NCBI GenBank assembly: GCA_018899555.1
Contig: JAHIHZ010000023.1
Coordinates: 1-44,980, forward strand
DNA from: Patescibacteria group bacterium
GTDB taxonomy: Bacteria > Patescibacteriota > Minisyncoccia > Phycocordibacterales > 21-14-all-36-13
Reading direction: 5' to 3'
DNA length: 44,980 bases
The position numbers and the translations under genes were made by a program. Shown here piece by piece: positions 16,602 through 24,618 of this stretch; positions within the stretch are counted from its first letter, which is position 1, and the number at the start of each line of letters is the position of its first letter. The notes beneath the pieces are model-generated. The model was given only the letters and a program-made list of their open reading frames with translations, was not told the DNA's origin and searched no databases.

Positions 16602-16984
16602 TTTAGTGTAGCTTTTTTGGTTTTTTTTATCCCAGTACCACTAACTTTTGGTTGGGCTACGGAGTAGGCCTTTTTAACTTTTTCTGTCTTTATTTTTTTA
16701 ACAGGTTCATCTCCAATTATATTTATAATTTTTTTTATTAAAACCTTTCCGTTAAATTTTATTTTTCTTTTATTTTTGAATTCAACTTTTCCATTAGTTA
16801 GTGCAAATAGTGTATGGTCCTTACCAACCCCAACATTTTTGCCAGCAAGATATTTAGTTCCTCTTTGTCTTATTATTATATTGCCAGTATTTACTTTTTC
16901 TCCATCTTGCAATTTAACACCCAAATATTTTGGTTGCGAATCTCTTAAGTTTTTAGCCGAACCTCCGGCTTTACGATGGGCCAT
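16586..16984 (-). CDS. rpmA: 50S ribosomal protein L27 with a Lys-rich C-terminal extension of about 45-50 aa (start taken at the ATG of MAHRKAGGS)
   Basis: [62 protein letters not shown] is the L27 core. The track ORF begins 13 codons upstream at a TTG. Confidence 0.9.
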   Translation of the reverse strand: MAHRKAGGSAKNLRDSQPKYLGVKLQDGEKVNTGNIIIRQRGTKYLAGKNVGVGKDHTLFALTNGKVEFKNKRKIKFNGKVLIKKIINIIGDEPVKKIKTEKVKKAYSVAQPKVSGTGIKKTKKATLNKKTS

Positions 16985-17057
16985 AGAAATGTAAAATGCA
17001 AAAGTCAAAGTGAAAAATGACAATGCAAAATTTAAAAATTTATATTAAAATAATAGG

Positions 17058-17465
17058 ATGAGTATATATGAAACAGGGAACAAAATCAAGAGGTTTTTAG
17101 ACAAAATAGCAAATTCTTTAAGCAACGAAATTTTCGTCATTTCTATGATAATTTTAATAGGGTTTGCCGGATTTGGGTTAGGGAGATTATCTATTTTAGA
17201 AGGCCAAAAATTACCCATAAGCGTGGAAAATATTAAAAACGATAAAATGCTCGCGGATGTTTCAAGTTCTGTTAAAAATATTATAGATGAAAATCAAAAC
17301 AGCGGGGGATTGGTAGTTGCTTCAAAAAATGGAACAAAGTATCATTATCCGTGGTGTTCTGGGGCAAAGCGTATAAATGAGGCAAATAAAATTTACTTCA
17401 GCTCAATAGAAGAAGCCAAAAAGGCCGGATATACTCCGGCATCAAATTGTAAAGGACTAAAGTAA
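17058..17465 (+). CDS. Membrane-anchored protein with a C-terminal Ada-like Zn-binding ('sunset'-type) motif
   Basis: There is an N-terminal TM helix (IFVISMIILIGFAGFGL). The C-terminus reads KYHYPWCSGAKRINEANKIYFSSIEEAKKAGYTPASNC. Confidence 0.5.
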   Translation: MSIYETGNKIKRFLDKIANSLSNEIFVISMIILIGFAGFGLGRLSILEGQKLPISVENIKNDKMLADVSSSVKNIIDENQNSGGLVVASKNGTKYHYPWCSGAKRINEANKIYFSSIEEAKKAGYTPASNCKGLK

Positions 17466-17488
17466 GACGCGGATCTGGCGCAGACCAA

Positions 17489-18175
17489 ATGTGGGCTGAA
17501 CGCGGACAAAACAATATGGAATTTGAAGAATTACAAATTACACCAACACCAAAAGAAGAAAAAGTATTACATGCAAAATATGGTCACACTAGCATTAAAA
17601 TGGTAAGAGGCGCTGGAAAATTGTGTTGCCCCAAGATAATGCTTATTTTTATGAATCCAACCGCTCGTAATGTATCAGCGGGATCAGAGTGGAAAGGAAT
17701 AAGAGCACCATGGATAGGCACCAAACAAGTTTGGCAGATGCTTGCTAGACTTGGACTTGTTGATAAATCTTTTATATCAAAGATATGCAATTTACACCCA
17801 GAAGAATGGAATGAAGAAAATGCACTACAATTATATAAACACATCGCTGATTGTAATATTTACATAACAAATATGGCGAGCTGTACGCAACCAGACGCGA
17901 GATCTCTCCCAAACACGCTTTTTAAAGAATACTTGTCTATAATATTTAAAGAGATAGAAATCATAAACCCGACAAAAATTATAACCTTTGGAAATCAGGT
18001 GAGCTCTATTTTATTACAGAAAAATATATCCGTATCAAATTATTCCCAAAAAGAGTTTGAGACCCTAAATGTTAAAAATAAACTTTTCAACATTTATCCA
18101 ACTTACTATCCAGTCGGACAGGGACAAAGGAATATGCCAAAAGCTATAAAGCGAATAAGACTTTTAATAAGGTAA
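17489..18175 (+). CDS. Uracil-DNA glycosylase superfamily protein (MUG/family-4-like; an alternative ATG lies at 17516)
   Basis: IMLIFMNPTARNVS...WIGTKQVWQMLARLGLV...NIYITNMASCTQP...IITFGNQV resembles the G.NPG / FW..L / TN..R pattern of UDG-fold enzymes. The match is by motif only. Confidence 0.55.
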   Translation: MWAERGQNNMEFEELQITPTPKEEKVLHAKYGHTSIKMVRGAGKLCCPKIMLIFMNPTARNVSAGSEWKGIRAPWIGTKQVWQMLARLGLVDKSFISKICNLHPEEWNEENALQLYKHIADCNIYITNMASCTQPDARSLPNTLFKEYLSIIFKEIEIINPTKIITFGNQVSSILLQKNISVSNYSQKEFETLNVKNKLFNIYPTYYPVGQGQRNMPKAIKRIRLLIR

Positions 18176-18227
18176 AACATAGGAATTGAGAAAATTAATA
18201 AAAGATATAAATAAATTTATAAAAAAC

Positions 18228-18422
18228 ATGCAAAAGAAAAAAATATATTTGTCTAATGCAGACAAAAAAATAGCGGGAGTTTGTGGGGGGATAGGGGAGA
18301 CCTTTGATATTGACTCAACTCTTATTCGTTTAGTTTGGATTTTAATAACAGTTGTAACCGGGATTGTCCCGGGGGTTCTTGGGTACATCGTTTCTTGGGT
18401 TGTTATACCCAAAAAACAATAA
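18228..18422 (+). CDS. PspC domain-containing small membrane protein (ATG at 18228; the track's TTG start is at 18186)
   Basis: KKIYLSNADKKIAGVCGGIGETFDIDSTLIRLVWILITVVTGIVPGVLGYIVSWVVIPK is a typical PspC domain. Confidence 0.85.
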   Translation: MQKKKIYLSNADKKIAGVCGGIGETFDIDSTLIRLVWILITVVTGIVPGVLGYIVSWVVIPKKQ

Positions 18423-18607
18423 AGCAAGAAAACAAAAAAGCAATGATGAATAATTAAGGGGAAGTAGACCAAAAGAAATATATATAGGGTCGCACAATAT
18501 ACCTTTTGCGCGGGTATCTTATGCGACATATGTCGTATTCTATGTAGGTCTATTAAGATTACACAAAAACACCTATTCCATTGAATGTTGAGATTTATTG
18601 GGTTCCT

Positions 18608-19270
18608 TTATTTGATAAAATGTTTTCTACTTTTACAAAATTGTACAAAAGTATTCCAACTCATAAGGCATTGCCCTTCTAACAGTTTTCTCTTTTTATT
18701 TTTTACAATATTATCCAAAATGTTTTGATCAATATCTGAATTCATCTGTAAAAAAATTACAGGATATTGTCTCATATACACCTCTTTATATTTACTAAGT
18801 TTATTATTTAAACATCCTAGTAGGTTTCTTTTGTCGCTTGGGTAAAATATATCTATACAAAATCCGTTTTTTGAGTCATATACAAAGAAATCCGCTCTTG
18901 TGCGTCTATCGTCCATAAAAAGATATTCTCTATGTACAAAAAGTTTATCATAATGCTCAACCAAAAACTCGTAAACTTTTTTTTCTAATAGATTGTTTCT
19001 TTTATTTATATATAAGGCTCTTTCCGAACTATGTTTTCCTTTTCTAAAGTCATAATCATTTTCTAAATTTAATTTCTTTCTTATTGTAATGAGTCCTCCA
19101 AAACTCCTTTGTATTGATTTAGATGATGGTAAATATCCGTATTTATCTATTTCTGTAGATGTTGGGTACCTTTGATTTTCTTCAAAAAAATGTTTCAACC
19201 CAGTTTCAACCTCTTCTATCTTCCAAGGCTTTTGATTACCATATTTTTGTAATCGAAGATCATTTTTCAT
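18608..19270 (-). CDS. Hypothetical protein: N-terminal homing-endonuclease-associated (HNH_repeat-like) motif plus a Vsr/DUF559-like PD-(D/E)xK-type C-terminal region
   Basis: The N-terminal motif is WKIEEVETGLKHFFEENQRYPTSTEIDKYGYLPSSKSIQRSFGGL. It is followed by EKKVYEFLVEHYDKLFVHREYLF..RRTRADFFVYDSKNGFCIDIFYP. The assignment is by motif only. Confidence 0.4.
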   Translation of the reverse strand: MKNDLRLQKYGNQKPWKIEEVETGLKHFFEENQRYPTSTEIDKYGYLPSSKSIQRSFGGLITIRKKLNLENDYDFRKGKHSSERALYINKRNNLLEKKVYEFLVEHYDKLFVHREYLFMDDRRTRADFFVYDSKNGFCIDIFYPSDKRNLLGCLNNKLSKYKEVYMRQYPVIFLQMNSDIDQNILDNIVKNKKRKLLEGQCLMSWNTFVQFCKSRKHFIK

Positions 19271-19390
19271 CACCTTATTATTATATTTTATTATTTAATG
19301 TCGCACAAAGTTGTTAATGTGCATAAACTCATGCGTTATATAACAAAATTCCCCCCCTAATTGGAGCAAAAAGCGCCCAATGGGGCGCTT

Positions 19391-19480
19391 TTATTTGTTT
19401 TTAAATCTATTCCTATGCTTTAGTTTATTTCTCCTTCTCCGCTTAACAGATTTTCTTTTGTTTTTTAATTTTGTTCCCAT
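19391..19480 (-). CDS. Candidate 29-aa highly basic micro-protein
   Basis: The product is MGTKLKNKRKSVKRRRRNKLKHRNRFKNK. Its stop is embedded in the terminator hairpin aaaagcgccccattgggcgcttttt. TATAAT-like boxes lie just upstream, and there is no SD. Confidence 0.3.
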   Translation of the reverse strand: MGTKLKNKRKSVKRRRRNKLKHRNRFKNK

Positions 19481-19570
19481 AATAAAATTATATAATATTA
19501 TAAATGCCGTATTTTAAAAAGCTCTTACAAAAAATATTGTGGATTCAAACGCTCGTTAAGAGCGTTTGAA

Positions 19571-19918
19571 TTATGGATTAAAAATGTCTTTGGAGACATT
19601 TTTAATTCCCACAGATGCATTCAATTCTAGATCAGTAGGTTCTCCTGATTTAATTTTCTCCATATTGCCGGTAAAAGATTCCCAAATAAGTTTAATAAAG
19701 ATTTCATCCCACAGATATGTAAGAGGCCTCTTTAGATAATTTTGCCACACATTAACCGCAAATCCCCAAACATATTTAAGATTTCCCTGCGTTTGGTCTG
19801 ATTCTATAAATGTTTTTAAATCAAAACCAAAATAGCTCAAAGCAAGAATCACAATCACTATTAAAATAACTAATTTTATCAGTCCCCCATTCATTTGTTT
19901 TTTTGAAAAATATTTCAT
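19571..19918 (-). CDS. Hypothetical membrane protein (115 aa)
   Basis: There is one N-terminal TM helix (LIKLVILIVIVILALSYFGF). The 3' end overlaps a hairpin repeat. No recognisable motif was found. Confidence 0.5.
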   Translation of the reverse strand: MKYFSKKQMNGGLIKLVILIVIVILALSYFGFDLKTFIESDQTQGNLKYVWGFAVNVWQNYLKRPLTYLWDEIFIKLIWESFTGNMEKIKSGEPTDLELNASVGIKNVSKDIFNP

Positions 19919-19953
19919 TTTATTTATATATTATATTTTAGTTTAAATGCAAA

Positions 19954-21246
19954 TTATTGCAAATAATTTAGTGGATTAAGATATGCATTTAGTGGAGCAA
20001 CAGGCATTTTAATATTACCACAATTCGTTATCTTTTTTATATCTCCTAACCTAACGATTTTAACACCCTGCGTCGCATAAACTGTTAAATGCAAATGCGG
20101 GCCGGTTGAATATCCAGTATTTCCGGAATATCCTATTATATCTCCGGTATTGACCGTTTCACCAGTATTAACTTTTATTAAAGAGAGGTGCGCATATAGG
20201 GTTGATAAGCCGTTTTCATGTTTTATTAAAATCCACTTGCCGTAAGAATAACATCCGGGAGATTCGTCTGTATTCCCTGTTCCAGTAACAACTCCTCCGA
20301 GAGACGCTTTAATTTTTGTACCGACCGAAGCTCTAAAATCTATTCCGTTATGCCCTTTCCCGCTATAAGCTCCCGACCTTGAAAAAGGGGTATCTCCAAA
20401 ATATTGAGTTATAAAAATAGAATCCAATGGCCAATCTAAAATACCTGCCCTAGCTTTTGGGATACTGTTCGGGTCTATTGTTATTTGCAGTTCTGACTCA
20501 AGGTCTAAAAGTTCTTTTTCAAACTGTTCTTTTAACCTAAGTTTTTCTGCTACCATATTTTTATAGTTTGATTCTTTATTTTTTGTTTCTTTTAACAAAT
20601 TAGATTGTTCTATCTTGTTGTAATCAACAATTTTTTTCTGGTCAGATAATTGTGCTCTTAAATTTGCCAATTCCCTTCTTTTTTGCTCCTCGTTCAATTT
20701 TTTATTTGTGTATTCTTCTTTAAGCAAGCGAAGTTTGTCCAAATTATTTTTTATGCCAGATTGAAATTTTTCCAAATTTTCAATTATATTCCAAAAATCA
20801 GACATTTTTTCATACACGATGACAATCTCAACCAAAGAGCTTGAATCAAATTCGTGCATTCTCTTTATTGATTCAGAAAGGGCTCTATCACTTTGTGTTA
20901 TTTCCTGTTTTTTATCAGATATTTCTGTACTTAGTTTACCTATATTTGAATCGGCTAAACCTATTTTCCCTTCTGTAATTTTCATATCTGCTGATAATTT
21001 TTTTCCGGATATTTCAAGAATTTGAATAGCATTTTGAAGCGTGTCTTTTTCTTTCCCAATGGATTCTAATATTTTTTGATACCCAACGATTTCTTTTTCC
21101 AATTCTTGAATTTTTGTATTTCTATCATCAATTTCAGATCGCAATTCGCTAATAGATGATGCGTTAGCAGAATGTATTACGAAAGGTGTATATAAAAAAA
21201 ATGATAACAAAAAAATTAGATATATTGTTTTTTGATAGAATTTCAT
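19954..21246 (-). CDS. M23 family metallopeptidase with an N-terminal coiled coil (EnvC-like)
   Basis: There is a signal/TM segment and a long coiled coil. HNGIDFRA (HxxxD) and GPHLHLTVY (HxH) are present. Confidence 0.9.
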   Translation of the reverse strand: MKFYQKTIYLIFLLSFFLYTPFVIHSANASSISELRSEIDDRNTKIQELEKEIVGYQKILESIGKEKDTLQNAIQILEISGKKLSADMKITEGKIGLADSNIGKLSTEISDKKQEITQSDRALSESIKRMHEFDSSSLVEIVIVYEKMSDFWNIIENLEKFQSGIKNNLDKLRLLKEEYTNKKLNEEQKRRELANLRAQLSDQKKIVDYNKIEQSNLLKETKNKESNYKNMVAEKLRLKEQFEKELLDLESELQITIDPNSIPKARAGILDWPLDSIFITQYFGDTPFSRSGAYSGKGHNGIDFRASVGTKIKASLGGVVTGTGNTDESPGCYSYGKWILIKHENGLSTLYAHLSLIKVNTGETVNTGDIIGYSGNTGYSTGPHLHLTVYATQGVKIVRLGDIKKITNCGNIKMPVAPLNAYLNPLNYLQ

Positions 21247-21278
21247 TTGTGAAAATTATAAAAACAAAAAAATATTAT

Positions 21279-21368
21279 GAATTCAAATGCTCAATATTAT
21301 AAATAAAAAACCTGGCACCACTCTTGAAAACCTCTCCCAGAGGTTTTCAAGTAAGAGCATTTGAATTC
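21279..21368. repeat. Nested double hairpin of the GGATTCAAA-type intergenic family
   Basis: The outer stem is gaattcaaatgctc ... gagcatttgaattc. The inner stem is cttgaaaacctct ccc agaggttttcaag. The element lies immediately after the gltX stop. Confidence 0.85.
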
Positions 21369-22731
21369 ATTCCATGAGATCAATTTTTTTAATTGCTGTT
21401 TTTATTCTGTTGCTGGTCTCTTCTTTACCAAGCAACACAGCGAGAATAAATGGATCTGGTGATTTTTCTAAACCAGATAAGGCATATCTCATTGGCCAAA
21501 GAACATTTCCCCTTCCCTTTTCTGACGCATAGTTCCAGATGGCATCTTTTATTGACACAGAATTAAAATTATTGTCTTGCATTTTTTCTAACAGATTTAA
21601 GGTTTTTTCCAAATGTTTTTTTGTATCTTGAATATTTTTTTCATCTCTCCACATTAATGATTTAATTTCGTATTCTGGTTGTTCAAAAAAATATTTAAGC
21701 TCTCCCCTTTCGTGCATGTCTTTTATGTCTACAAACTTTTCAATCCTTTCTTTTATAATTGGAATAATTTTGTTTATTTTTTTGTTGTAATCTGGGAATT
21801 TTTTTATTTCTTCTGGCATAAATTCATTCACAAATTCTTCAAACTTTTTATCGGATAACATTTGTATATATTTTTTGTTGAACCAATTTAATTTTTCAAT
21901 ATTAAATACGGCTCCTCCTTTTTGGACTTTCTCCATCTTAAATTCTTTTAATAATTCCTCTCGAGTTAAAATTTCTCTTTCATCTCCCGGGTTCCATCCT
22001 AAAAATGCCAAAAAATTTATAATGGCATCAGACAAATATCCTGAGTTTTTATATTCAACAACATTAACAGCACCGTGGCGTTTTGAAAGTTTTGATTTGT
22101 CTGGAGCTAAAATAAGTGGTATGTGAGCATATACCGGTCTCTGCGCCCCAATTGCTTCCTGTATAAGGACTTGTCTTGGAGTGTTTGAAATATGGTCTTG
22201 CCCTCTTATTATATGAGTTACTCCCATCTCGTGGTCATCTATGACATTTGTTAAATGAAAAATGGGTGTCTCCAAATCTTTAGCAATAACAAAATCCCCA
22301 AGATCGGTTGTATCAACTTCAATATCTCCCGTAATTAAATCATTAAAAATGACTTTTTTGTTTGGATTTTTGAATCTTATAACTTCATCTCTGCCACCAC
22401 CTTTCTCTGGTTTTTCTTTTGAAACATATGCACTTCCGTCGTCTATCATTTTTTTTAAATATTTTTTATATATTTCGGTTCTTTCTGATTGTCTGTAAAT
22501 TTCATCATAATCAAGCTCAAGCCAATCCATCGTGTCCACTATGCTTTTTTCATATTCTTTTGTAGACCTTTCCCTGTCTGTATCTTCAATTCTTAATATA
22601 AGTTTCCCATTATTTTGTCTTGCAAAAATATAATTAAATAAAGCAGTTCTTGCTCCTCCAATATGCAAATAACCCGTCGGCGACGGAGCAAAACGAACAA
22701 CCACATTATTTTTTACATTTTTATTTTTCAT
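21367..22731 (-). CDS. gltX: Glutamate--tRNA ligase
   Basis: VVRFAPSPTGYLHIGGARTALFNY and KLSKRHG are present. The product is 454 aa. Confidence 0.96.
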   Translation of the reverse strand: MKNKNVKNNVVVRFAPSPTGYLHIGGARTALFNYIFARQNNGKLILRIEDTDRERSTKEYEKSIVDTMDWLELDYDEIYRQSERTEIYKKYLKKMIDDGSAYVSKEKPEKGGGRDEVIRFKNPNKKVIFNDLITGDIEVDTTDLGDFVIAKDLETPIFHLTNVIDDHEMGVTHIIRGQDHISNTPRQVLIQEAIGAQRPVYAHIPLILAPDKSKLSKRHGAVNVVEYKNSGYLSDAIINFLAFLGWNPGDEREILTREELLKEFKMEKVQKGGAVFNIEKLNWFNKKYIQMLSDKKFEEFVNEFMPEEIKKFPDYNKKINKIIPIIKERIEKFVDIKDMHERGELKYFFEQPEYEIKSLMWRDEKNIQDTKKHLEKTLNLLEKMQDNNFNSVSIKDAIWNYASEKGRGNVLWPMRYALSGLEKSPDPFILAVLLGKEETSNRIKTAIKKIDLME

Positions 22732-23302
22732 TTGGATTCAAAAATTTCATTATTTCTGAATTTCTGATAAGAATTGTTTTATTACTATTATAAGAAATTC
22801 CTTTGTTTTGATTTTCTTCAAAACCAAGATAAACGACTATAGTATTTCTTTTCTTAACATTACTTATTGCAGGTTGTAAATCTGAATCAGAACTGCCTAA
22901 AATTATTTGATCAAATAATCTGTCGCAAGAAAAACTTACCATATCTACTCCTATTCTAACATCCACACCTTTTTCTTTAAAAATCAAAGATTTTTTACCA
23001 AGAAACCTAATTTCTTGAAAACCTCTAACCCTGCCGGAAAAAATGACTTCAAAATCTTGTTTTTCTAAGTGAGTTTTTAATAGTCTTTGTTTTTCTATGA
23101 GTTCCTTAGATTTTTCTTTTGTGTCCCTATGTTCTTTAAGTTTCGCAAAATAAAAAATAACTTTGTTTATGTTATAACCATTTAATACTAAATTAAATAA
23201 ACCATTGAAATCAAACTGGTGCCAAATTATGCCTTTTTTATTTAAAGAGTTTTCTGCTTTTTTTATAAAATTTTCTCCATCTATTAATATTACTGTTTTC
23301 AT
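22721..23302 (-). CDS. NYN (LabA/DUF88-like, PIN-fold) domain protein
   Basis: MKTVILIDGENF...VDVRIGVDMV...IILGSSDSDLQPAI is present. The gene overlaps the gltX start by 11 nt. Confidence 0.7.
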   Translation of the reverse strand: MKTVILIDGENFIKKAENSLNKKGIIWHQFDFNGLFNLVLNGYNINKVIFYFAKLKEHRDTKEKSKELIEKQRLLKTHLEKQDFEVIFSGRVRGFQEIRFLGKKSLIFKEKGVDVRIGVDMVSFSCDRLFDQIILGSSDSDLQPAISNVKKRNTIVVYLGFEENQNKGISYNSNKTILIRNSEIMKFLNPNEK

Positions 23303-23486
23303 ACAAAAAATTATATCACAAAAAAAACTCCCGCGGACCTTTCGGCTGGCGGGAGCGTTTATGTGATTAAATATACACTAATATAATAAAAAAACAAGAA
23401 ACTTATCAACTTCGATTTTCTGTCCATGTTTCTTGATAATTTTATTTTTAAAATAGGTTTATTTTTAGGCATGTTTTAGAAAAAGC

Positions 23487-23516
23487 TTGACAAAATACAA
23501 TTTAATATGCTATAAT
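23487..23516 (+). promoter_or_regulatory. Near-consensus sigma70-type promoter with extended -10
   Basis: TTGACA is at 23487-23492, followed by an 18-nt spacer ending in TGc, then TATAAT at 23511-23516. The promoter lies about 150 nt upstream of the 23670 ORF. Confidence 0.65.
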
Positions 23517-23669
23517 ACATACAGATAATAAAGTGTAAATTCTGGGGTGAAATACAACATGTTTAAATGTTTTTCTCATATTTTAATCTTATATATGAGT
23601 TGCATTTCAAACAAGAATTTTCAAAGATAGTTTTTTAACAAAAAAATCACAAAAATAAAGGAGTAAAAA

Positions 23670-24026
23670 ATGAAAAAGTTGTTTTTTGTTTTTTCAATTC
23701 TATTAATTTCTACCTCTCTTTTCTCACAAGAAGAGGGAGAAAAAGTTTTGAAAAATACAACCACGGAAATATCGTGGTTGCGAGCTCAAAAACTTGGTCC
23801 CCTCCAAGTTTTTGAAGAAGATGGAAATCTGTATGTTCTCGTGACTGCAAAGTCGCGCGATATGCAGATGGCCACTGATAAGGCGGCCTTTGAGGGTCGT
23901 GTTATCCTCGCCAAGTATCTTGGCGAAGACATCCTGAGATTCTCTCTTGTAGTTAAGAGAGAATTGGTGATAAATCAACACGACTATGTTGCAACGGTTT
24001 TGGTAAAAGTGCCAAAGCCAGAATAA
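23670..24026 (+). CDS. Secreted hypothetical protein (118 aa)
   Basis: An AAGGAG RBS is present, and the signal peptide is MKKLFFVFSILLISTSLFS. The central part is visibly GC-richer than the surroundings. A terminator follows. Confidence 0.65.
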   Translation: MKKLFFVFSILLISTSLFSQEEGEKVLKNTTTEISWLRAQKLGPLQVFEEDGNLYVLVTAKSRDMQMATDKAAFEGRVILAKYLGEDILRFSLVVKRELVINQHDYVATVLVKVPKPE

Positions 24027-24040
24027 AGTTTTACTCCAAT

Positions 24041-24064
24041 GCCCCGCTTGTCGGGGCTTTTTTA
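24041..24064 (+). terminator. Rho-independent terminator
   Basis: The stem-loop gccccg cttg tcggggc is followed by ttttttatttttt. Confidence 0.85.
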
Positions 24065-24070
24065 TTTTTT

Positions 24071-24443
24071 ACAAACCTACACTTTATTACTGCTATCGCA
24101 GAATTAAGTGTAGGTTTGTTTTTAAAACTTTTTTTATTGGTTTTGTTCATGTGGTCCATTTTAACATACTTTTACTTAATTTTTGAAAGATGTCGTAAAT
24201 CTGCTATCGCAGATTTACGACATCTTTTTATAATTCAAACTCGTCTTTTAAAGAATCTTCATTATTAATTTTTCTTGTTTCAAGAAAAATTATATGTTTT
24301 GAGATACCAAAATACTCTCCAATAAATTTTAAAATGTTTTTAGTTAGTTCTCCTCTACTATATTTTTTCATATAAGTAAGTTGAAGTTAAAAAACATTAT
24401 ATTCCCTCTACACTTAACTCTGCTATAGCAGAGTTAAGTGTAG
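24071..24443. repeat. Three related long hairpins (24071-24119, 24189-24224, 24408-24443) sharing the core CTGCTAT(C/A)GCAG
   Basis: The first is acaaacctacactt..ctgctatcgcag..aagtgtaggtttgt. The second is gatgtcgtaaatctgc tatc gcagatttacgacatc (16-bp perfect stem). The third is ctacacttaactctgc tata gcagagttaagtgtag (16-bp perfect stem). Confidence 0.9.
24228..24371 (-). CDS. Possible 47-aa micro-ORF bracketed by two family hairpins
   Basis: The product would be MKKYSRGELTKNILKFIGEYFGISKHIIFLETRKINNEDSLKDEFEL. It has no SD, and hairpin 24189-24224 would act as its terminator. Support is weak. Confidence 0.2.
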   Translation of the reverse strand: MKKYSRGELTKNILKFIGEYFGISKHIIFLETRKINNEDSLKDEFEL

Positions 24444-24489
24444 AAAAGATTTTTTCGTTTTGTTTTAAAAAACACAAAAAATGTGAATT

Positions 24490-24595
24490 AAAATCTGACA
24501 CTACTCTTGAAAACCTCTCCCAGAGGTTTCCAAGTAGGGATGAAAACCTGACACTACTCTTGAAAACCTCTCCCAGAGGTTTCCAAGTATGGATG
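24490..24595. repeat. 2 x 53-bp tandem repeat containing the cttgaaaacctctcccagaggtttccaag hairpin
   Basis: aaaa(t/c)ctgacactactcttgaaaacctctcccagaggtttccaagta(g/t)ggatg occurs twice. A related copy lies at 21310-21352. Confidence 0.9.
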
Positions 24596-24618
24596 AAAAA
24601 TGTCCCTGGGGACATTTT

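Noticed and set aside
16985-17023. A 13-codon N-terminal extension of L27 (TTG start, [13 protein letters not shown]) as a Prp-cleaved propeptide
   Set aside because: The conserved L27 N-terminus MAHRKAGGS begins at an ATG (16984). The extension starts at a TTG with no RBS and lies in a dispersed repeat copy. No Prp gene is present. I keep it only as a remark.
23517-23669. The about 150-nt 5' leader of the 23670 ORF as a riboswitch
   Set aside because: I recognised no conserved riboswitch core by eye. The leader is AT-rich with only weak pairing potential, and the downstream gene is an uncharacterised secreted protein. I leave it as a promoter plus a long leader.
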